A stretch of DNA of 64,000 nucleotides from Rhizodiscina lignyota (lineage: Eukaryota): NCBI GenBank assembly GCA_010015805.1, contig ML978138.1, positions 1 to 64,000 of the forward strand, given 5' to 3'. This document shows, piece by piece, positions 55,719 to 64,000 of this stretch. Both the position numbers and the translations under genes were made by a program. Position 1 is the stretch's first letter, and the number at the start of each line of letters is the position of its first letter. The notes beneath the pieces are model-generated. The model did no database searches and had not been told where the DNA came from. It worked only from the letters and a program-made list of their open reading frames with translations.

Positions 55719-57071
55719 TCAGGATCTATTCAAGAGGATAACCCTATTAAGCACTTTGCATGGCCAATCCATCGTCCATCGCAAGTACTCGGGCATCAGC
55801 TCACGCATGCCAGGGATGTCTCGTTCTAAAACCTTGTAATCTCCTTCGCCGTTCATCCACCAAGCATGCTCCAGTCCATTGAGTAGCACCAAGACCCTCG
55901 CCATTAGCGCCATGGCAAGCGCATCGTGCCTTTCGAGCTTACTACGGTATGCTGGTCGACACCTCACGGCCATAGTTCCTATATACCGCCGAAGAGTTCT
56001 CGCTGCAGCGCCGGAGTAGAACACCCGGTAATGATATAGTACGTAGTCTTTCGCTTCCATGTAGGTGCTCCTGTCATCCTCCGGTAGCGTAGGAACGTCA
56101 AACGCATCCAGCAAATAGGCCAAATCCTCCTCAACACTCTGCAACTGCGCGCGGGCGGCAGAAGGTAGCTCATCTACTGTAAGGACGCGCGGTTTGGGTT
56201 CGTCACCGAACCAACCATAGCCTAAACGACCAAGGTAGCTCTTTTCCTGTATGAAAAGCATGGAGACGCCCTGCATCAGCTTCCACATCCCAAGTGGCAC
56301 CTCGTACACCTCATCGGGCTGTAACTGGCGCGCGAGCAGCCAGTATATGTTGGACAGAATGACTGCGGAGAGCCATAGCTGTTCCGATAATTCTTTGCCG
56401 GGGGACCTCAGCGCTTGACGGTGGTGCACCAAGGACTGATCGAGATAGCGTCTCAGGGCAACAGCCATGGTGGAATTGTTTGGCGAATGAGCGTGTAAGT
56501 GCAGAGCAGAAAGAGCCAGCATTGGATTGAGCACCACTTCAGACTCGAATGCAACTTGGGGTATTGTTCGCTGCCACATGTCACGGGCAGGCGAGCCGTT
56601 GCAGTCGGGCATGGAGCAGCCCACTACGGCGCTGTAATGGTGCATCAAGCGCAGCTCCAGCGATCGCCGTTGGCCGACATCTGCTACAGAACTGGATTGC
56701 AAAGCAAAGCCAAGAAAGTTTCGATCTGCAGAGGAGGCTATAGTGGCATGGGCCACTGCTGGCCTTGATAATTGGCGCAAGGCAGCCCTCCGGGAGGGGT
56801 TGGTTTCAGTGCGAGGACATTTCGTGCTCCAATCGCAGCGCTGGATGCCGACATAACGTCGACGGCAATTCGAGCAGACAGGCCGGATTTCATCACACTA
56901 GAGTAAACTTGTAAGCATGGACGGTCAGATACAGTGGCTCTTAGTCGTGCAATAGTTGTGACGCAGTACCTTCACCCTCCGGAGCTTACAGTCTCGACAC
57001 CCAGACCGGGATTTTCTGAGCAGAACCCGTCGCTCCGTAGATTGCTTCGCAGCATCTGGTGCGGAGCCCAT
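55719..57071 (-). CDS. Zn(II)2Cys6 transcription factor (Upc2/AtrR-like C-terminal type)
   Basis: Exon 1 MGSAPD..RKSRSGCRDCKLRRVK, intron 56898-~56970, exon 2 CDEIRPVCSNCRRR.....C. In frame with LELRLMHHY..W...IP..AF....V...MLALSALH. Confidence 0.9.
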
Positions 57072-57475
57072 GTCTTGAGAGGCTGAAGCAGTCCCTGACC
57101 TGAATGGTAGGATGTTGCGATTTTGCGAAGATCCGAAAACGCGAAAGTGGAGTAGATATCCGAACTCGAGTTGACCTCGTCATGCATGTCGATGGGAGTA
57201 CATTACATAAGCAGGACTAGGCCTCAAGCCACAAAAGACAACCAATCACCTCTGAATGCGAACTTGCGAGGGATCCACAAGCCTTACGCTAACCTAATTT
57301 AGTGCAGGATATAGAACTCCAGGTAAGGGTTAGACATCGTAATTCGAGACACAAGTCAGGTAGTCTAGGCACATAAGAACAAAGGCATTACGAATATTGC
57401 AACAACTTAATCATCCCTTCACCATTGCTGAACATAACCAAGTGCACGAGAGGTTCCAATTTCGATATCGGCAAT

Positions 57476-58751
57476 ATGGCTTCCCTCGCTCGCGATATTA
57501 ACACGACCATCCAGGATGTGATGAGCCATTTCAAAGGAAATGCAGAGGACAAGACCTGTGAGGCTGCCCAGGACTGGCTACTGTGTCTGTGGATTTTAAC
57601 TCCTTTATTTAGATGTTATTACTGGACCCAGTGTAAAGAGTCTTGGAGCTGGCGTTGCTCGGGGTTTGGCCATCGGCAACCCAAAACGTCTGATACTTAT
57701 CGGCCGCTCGAAAGAGAGAATCCAGCCTGTGATCGATGAAATCAATAAGCTTAACCCAGCTGTCTCTACTTACTTCATTGCAGTCAACCTCCTGGACCTA
57801 TCGACTGTGCGCAAGGGTGCTGAGGATATCAAGAATATCACCCCCGAGGTCCATGGACTGGTCAACTGTGCTGGCATTATGGCCCCAAGCAAGTACGAAA
57901 AGTCTGCTGATGGAATCGAGAGCCAGTTTGCTTCCAATCATGTCGCACACTTCCTTCTCACAAATCTTCTCATAGCGGAACTCGCGAAAGGTAATGGGGT
58001 GGTTGTGAATGTATCCAGCACCGGCTATGAACTTGGAGAGGTGGACTTCGAGGATCCCAACTTTCAGGTCGGTTTTCATAAAGCAAAGTCACGGTTTCCG
58101 TCTCGATATGCTGATGTCTGTTCTTTGGCTCGATAAGAACGGGGAAACCTACGATAGCTGGGCTGGCTACGGCCAATCCAAGACCGCCAATATCTTATTC
58201 ACAGTAGCGTTAGCGAAGAGAGCTAGCAAGCTCGACGTGGTCGCGTTTGCTGTGGATCCAGGCTGTGAGCGCCCCCTTTACTCCCCATCGTTAGCCTATA
58301 TCAGACGAGACTAAACCTGTGCCTCCAGTGGTTGTGGAAACAGCGCTTCAAGCAAACTCGGGGGTGACTCAAGACCATTTCATGAAAGGATACGAGCTGC
58401 AAGTAAAGCGTAGCGGAGGTCCGTTAAATTGCCAAATGCGACAAACATCGCCGTCGCTAGTCCTGACTGCAGGTTCTAGGAATTCCTCCGCCGATGCCAC
58501 CCGTAGTAAGCCTTGAGCAAGGAGTAGCAGTCATTGTCTGGCCACTTTTGGATCCAGATCTGCGGAGTAGGTCCTTTTAATCTCGAAAGCATTGTCGTCT
58601 CACAGCTTCTAACAATATTGCAGAGTCCTCTGGGTCGTGGATTCAGGAGTGTCGAATCAGCTCTGCCAAGCCATACGCAACTGATGCTGATGATGCAGAG
58701 AAACTCTGGCGTTTGAGCGAAAAGTTGGTTGGTAGGGGTTTCAATCTTTAA
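57476..58751 (+). CDS. Short-chain dehydrogenase (retinol-DH/WWOX-like)
   Basis: ITGPSVKSLG, VNCAGIM, GIESQFASNHVAHFLLTNLL, YGQSKTANILF, AEKLWRLSEKLVG. About five introns. Confidence 0.85.
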
Positions 58752-59326
58752 ATGAGTTCTATAGAGGTTACGTAAGAGGTCCGCGCCGAAGATTTACCAA
58801 TGAAGACAGCTGATGATCGGAATTGAACATTACTCCGTCCTCTACGGTGATCAATCCCGAGCGAAACGCCTTTCGTAGACGTGTGCTGAAAGTTCTTAAT
58901 CCGTCCCTGCTAATTTTCGCGTCATCACTGTCAGGAGATGGGTGCAATGGGACCAGCAAATCAAACGACTCTGAACTGTGTTGCCTACGCATCGATCCTT
59001 GCGTGCATGGGGGAGACGGGTCTTGATTCATGAAACGTTTCTCACCGGTTCGAGACGATTTCGGACTCTATATTCTCCGTCAAAATGGCCTCCGCATACC
59101 TTAGTTTTTTATGATGTGGCTTGAGTGTGGCTTCGGGCGTCTTTAGGCAACGAGGCTTCAAGGCAGCACCACTTGGAGAAGGGCGATCCCAAACGGCAGT
59201 CTCTCGGGCCAGATTACTCCTGGGATGATTACATTGCTGGTCAAAGTGATCGTTTCTCGCGTTTTCACGCTTCATCCTTCACGGGCTATCGTCCTGAACT
59301 GAAGATCTGTTTTTGGCGCAATTACA

Positions 59327-62300
59327 ATGTCAACTGCCGCAGAAGGAGGAGAAAAAGGCGAGGCAGAGAAAGGGAGGAAGGGAGAAGAAAAAGACGATTC
59401 AGGGAAGGAGGGAGAGGATGGAGCGAAGCTGTCGAACTTCTTTGTAAGTCTCTGCTGAATATCTGGTGTTATTCGGACATACTGATACCTGTCTGAAGCG
59501 CATCTTGTCATTTGGCACCTCTTTCGATGTTTTCCTAATGGTATTGTGCCTCCTGACTGCCATTGGAGCCGGAGCAGTGAGTTATCCATAAACAAACGCC
59601 CTTACAATTCCATCTTCTGACAGTCTTCTTCGCTTAGGCAATGCCTGCAATGTTCATCATATTTGGGAGATTGACCAACGTCTTTGCAGACTATTTCATT
59701 CCTGGATCGACAACCACTCGGGCCCAATTTCAGAACGCCCTCAACCACAATGCACTCTACCTAGTCTACATCTTTATCGGGAAGTGGGTGCTGGGATACA
59801 TCAGCCTACTCTGCGTTCGCATCAGTGGAATGCGCATCTCAGCAGCCTTGAGACTGGCTTACCTCAAAGCGCTCTTTGCGCAACCCATTTCATTCGTGGA
59901 CAAGGTCTCGCCTGGCAAAGTCTCTACCAGAATTACAACCTCGGCGAACACAATTCAAATTGGCATCTCTCAGCAGCTTTCCCTCCTCGTCCAGGCTATC
60001 ACCTTTACTGTCGGTGCCTACATCCTCGCATTTGTCAAAGGCGCACTCTTGACTCTTGTGGTTAGCTCTTGTATACCTTTTATACTCCTCACCTATGGTT
60101 TCACTCTGCCACTCTACATTAAGATCAACAAAAGGACGGAAAATATACAAGAAGAAGCATCATCTCTGTCTTTTGAGATCTTTAACTCCATCCGAGTTGT
60201 CATTGCATTTGGGGCAGAAGAGAGATTACACGGCCATTATGCATCCATCTTGGATCGTGCGGCACGCAATGGACAGAAGGCTGCTCCTATTCTTGGGTGC
60301 ATGATAGCTCCAATGTTCTTTTCGAACTATGCCTCCATGGTGCTCGCATTCTGGTTCGGCATCCGGCAGTTTGTCCATCATCATGTAGGGAGCGTAGGCT
60401 CGATTACAGTGTCAGTGTTTCAAGATTGAGCCTGTATTGTTTCGCTAACTCATTCCAGGGTGCTTTTCTCTGTGATCATGGCCATTTCTCAGCTGGGTCG
60501 GATTACGGGACCTGTGATGGGGATAGCCAAGGCCGCAACCGCATCCGCGGCATTGTTCGAAACCATTGACACCGAGACGCCGGATACCTCTGGCCTAAGA
60601 GCACCCGATGTGCAGCCACAAGCGGACATCATCTTTGAGAATGTCTCCTTCGTTTACCCAAGCCGACCCGACGTCGCCGTCCTAAACAATTTCACCGCCA
60701 CGTTTGATTCTGGCAAAGTCACAGCGATTGTTGGGCCTTCGGGCTCAGGAAAGAGTACTATCGTGGGCCTCGTCGAACGATGGTATGACCTTGACCAATC
60801 ATCTTCTGATCCACCGCACGAGACCCACGAGAGGAACGTTCCTGAAGAAAAGGACATTCCAGAGCCTGCCTCGGACGGAATCCGAATTGGTGGCGTCGAT
60901 CTCAGAGATGTTGATACCAAGTGGTGGCGATCCCAGATTGGCCTCGTTCAGCAAGAACCGTTTCTGTTCAACGATACCATATTCAACAATGTAGCCTATG
61001 GCCTCTGTGGTACGCAATGGCAAGATGTATCGGAGAAGGAGAAGCTCGAATTGGTTGTGGCTGCATGCAAAGAAGCGTATGCCGATGAATTCGTCAGTCG
61101 TTTACTCAAAGGCTATGATACTCTTGTGGGCGAATCTGGCATCAAACTCAGCGGCGGCCAGAGACAACGCCTGGCAATAGCCCGGTCGATAGTGAAGCGC
61201 CCGCCCATTCTTATTCTGGATGAAGCAACGAGTGCAATTGATGTGCGAACAGAGCGCATAGTACAGCAAGCGCTTGACCGCGTCGCGCAGAACAGAACAA
61301 CCATTGTCATTGCTCACCGCCTCTCTACTATCAAAAGAGCGAACAAAATTATCGTGCTTCGGCAGGGCAAAGCGGTCGAACAAGGCTCGCACGAGCAACT
61401 CCTAGAAGACGAGGGCGGGATATATTACGGCCTTGTACACGCACAAACCCTCATCATGGGCGAGGAAGAAATACCAGAGGAAGCATCCATTGGCGTTGAC
61501 TTCATCGCGGTGCCCTCAAACAAGATGGCTGAAGCACAAGTTGTCCCTCTTTCAGCTCCGCACCAAGAATCGTCCGACGAGCAGCCAACCTTGAAGCAAA
61601 AGTCCGCCTTTACCGGTCTAGGCTTGCTCATCTACGAGCAGCGTACACACTGGGTTCTCTACTCCCTTGTAGCTCTCGGCGCATTGGGAGGAGGCGTTCT
61701 GTTTCCTCTGATGGCGTGGATCTTTGCCCAGCTCATCAATGTCTTTACGCTCACAGGTCAAGCGCTCTTGAGCCAAGGCAACCATTGGTCCCTCATGTTC
61801 TTTATCCTGGCCATTGGAGTTGGGTTGTCGTATTTTATAATCGGATGGGCTGGTTCTCTCGTGTCTATCGCGGTAGCCACGTACTATCGGAAAGAATACC
61901 TTGAGAATATGCTGGGGAAGCGCATACCTTTCTTCGATGCTGAGGGTATGTCGGCCGGATCATTGACGTCGCAGCTGTCAAATGACCCGCAACGGATTGA
62001 GTCACTGCTTGGTACGGAGATGAGCATGGGTCTCATCGCAGTCATCAATCTCCTCGGCTGCATTATCATCTCATTCATCTTTGGATGGAAGCTAAGCCTC
62101 GTTGGTAACCTCACCGCTATGCCCGTTATTCTACTTGCTGGCTGGTATCGTCTAAAACTGGAAAAGCAATTTGCAAACATGAACTCCAAAGTGTTTGCTG
62201 AGAGCAGTCAGTTTGGCACCGAGGCTATTGGTGCGTTTCGCACTGTTACGAGCTTGATAATGGAGGACATGGTGATTGACAGATATGCAAAACTCTTGCA

Positions 62301-63406
62301 GACGCATATCGCAGCCGCAACCAAGAAGGCGCTCCCGAGCACCATCGTGTTTGCTACGAGCGACAGTGTCGACTTACTTTGCCAGGCCCTAGTGTTCTGG
62401 TACGGTGGCCGATTCCTGGCAGATCGCGAATACACCATCACCCAATTCTTTGTTATTTACATGGCAGTCATACAAGGCAGTCAAGCTGCAGGTATGTGGT
62501 TCAGCTTTGCGCCAAACCTGGCGGAGGCTACCAATGCGTCAAATCGGATCATTAGTATGAGGCCGCCAAAGAACGATGAGAGTCACACGACGAGACCCTT
62601 CCAAGCCGATAAGGCGTCTTTGGGCATTGAGTTCAAGGACGTGAACTTTACGTACAAGAGCCGGTCCCTGCCGGTCTTTACAGAGCTCAACCTGAAGATT
62701 GAGCCAGGACAATTTGCGGCCCTCGTTGGAGCTTCAGGGGCTGGAAAATCCACCATTGTCAGTTTGTTAGAGCGGTTCTACGATCCAGACTCGGGTGCCA
62801 TCTTTTGCGGAGAACAGGACATCACCTCCGTGAGCGCAAAGACATACAGGAGCAATCTCTCGCTGGTTGCACAAGAGTCGACTCTGTACGAAGGGACAAT
62901 TAGAGAGAATGTCGTGCTGAGTGTGGAAGAGGCGGATGCGACAGACGAGGCTGTAGAGCAGGCATGCAAGGACGCTCAGATTCACGATTTCATCTCTTCC
63001 CTACCCGACGGATACGCTACCATGCTTGGGCCAAAAGGAGTCCAGCTGAGTGGGGGCCAGCGACAGCGAGTAGCCCTTGCAAGAGCCCTTATTCGCAAAC
63101 CCAAGCTCCTTCTCTTGGATGAGGCGACGTCCAGTTTGGATTCAGAATCGGAAAAGCTAGTGCAGGAAGCAATTGAGCGTGCCGCTGGAGTACGGACCGT
63201 CGTCGCAGTCGCTCATCGACTCGCCACAATTCAGAAGGCCGACATTATCTTTGTAATTGGAAGCGAGAGGGTGCTGGAGCAAGGCACCCATCAGGATCTG
63301 CTGAAGAAGAGGGGCGTGTACTACCAAATGGTAGTTCCCCGCCAGACTTGACATCGTGCATTCTGCTAACTTTACTCAGTGCAAGGCGCAAGCCCTCGAT
63401 CAATGA
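59327..63406 (+). CDS. Full-size ABCB (MDR1/P-glycoprotein-like) ABC transporter
   Basis: TMD-NBD-TMD-NBD layout. Walker A GPSGSGKS and GASGAGKS, two LSGGQ signatures, DEATS Walker B, AHRL. Introns ~59444-59498, ~59577-59637, ~60410-60459, 63331-63379. Start codon tentative. Confidence 0.93.
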
Positions 63407-63657
63407 CCATCGATATGTGACGATACCAATGCTGATCTACATCGCAAATTCCAGGAGAACTCCTCTCCTATGATACAACTCTTTTCTCAGCTCTAGCTGA
63501 AATGCATTCATGGCGCATCAACTGCCAGAATCAACATGTAATTCCCCCCTATACTGCTGTATATAAGCATAAACCAACCTCCTTTCTCCCTCCTAAGAGG
63601 GATGCATCTTTATCTCTCTCAACACAAACCATCTTTATCCTCATGACACCTTGCTTA

Positions 63658-64000
63658 TCATGGCCAATACCTTGACCAGCGGAAATCGTTGGGGCTATGA
63701 AGCGAAGAAGGCCATATTGACAGCGATGGAGAGATTTCTACTCTGCATTCGTGACACTCGTGGATGGGATCTTCGGGGAATAGCTTAAGCCATTTAACAG
63801 TTGGACTCTCGAGGGAATTCAAAGGTTCCTCTTTATAATGCAATGCACGTGTAAAAATCGGCACTTCTTTGAAACTAGAAAGTACACCATGGCGTGGGAC
63901 AAATCTGTATGCACACGGGAGACATCGTAGTTGTGTTGTTCATATCATGGATTCATTTGCGGAACTTGGACTCATTGCAATCCAAATTGGGTAATAACCC
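63658..64000 (-). CDS. Possible 3' end of an unidentified gene entering from the right edge
   Basis: Open frame ending ...NDFRWSRYWP, convergent with the ABC gene. No recognisable motif. Confidence 0.25.

Noticed and set aside
58768..59275. Two short minus-strand ORFs between the SDR and ABC genes
   Set aside because: No motifs. They overlap the expected SDR terminator and ABC promoter.
1..64000. tRNA genes, TPP riboswitch, telomeric repeats, stop-codon readthrough PTS1 extensions
   Set aside because: Scanned by eye for GGTTCGA T-loops in cloverleaf context, riboswitch cores, TTAGGG arrays and TGA-CTA readthrough contexts. None was convincing, but a covariance-model search was not run.

Overview
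Fungal nuclear DNA from a filamentous ascomycete (Pezizomycotina; class not determinable). Evidence: short GT-AG introns with CTRAC/CTAAC branch points, a RIP-like tract, and HET and Zn2Cys6 genes. The window has three zones. (1) 1-13.4 kb is gene-poor and accessory-like. It holds a RIP-mutated repeat with a dead DUF3505-like zinc-finger ORF and a repeated terminal motif, an orphan CCHC zinc-knuckle locus split over several frames, a fragmented membrane-protein pseudogene, a hairpin-bearing ~120 bp tandem duplication and an orphan protein with a Cys-rich C-terminus. (2) 13.5-49.4 kb is mostly dense conserved genes: PL4 rhamnogalacturonan lyase, DUF726 hydrolase, a broken HET gene, MFS, GST, EFR3, GNAT, LYR protein, Swi6/Cdc10-like APSES factor, SDR, PLA2, MRPL3, NUUM-like complex I subunit, PfkB/MAK32-like kinase, CAP/SRV2, NmrA-like and YIP1-family. 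(3) 50-63.4 kb is a detoxification or secondary-metabolism-like group: acyltransferase, MFS, Cys-rich secreted protein, Zn2Cys6 TF, SDR and ABCB transporter. No tRNA, rRNA or CRISPR was recognised. All family calls come from motif recognition by eye, not database searches. Exon boundaries are manual predictions.
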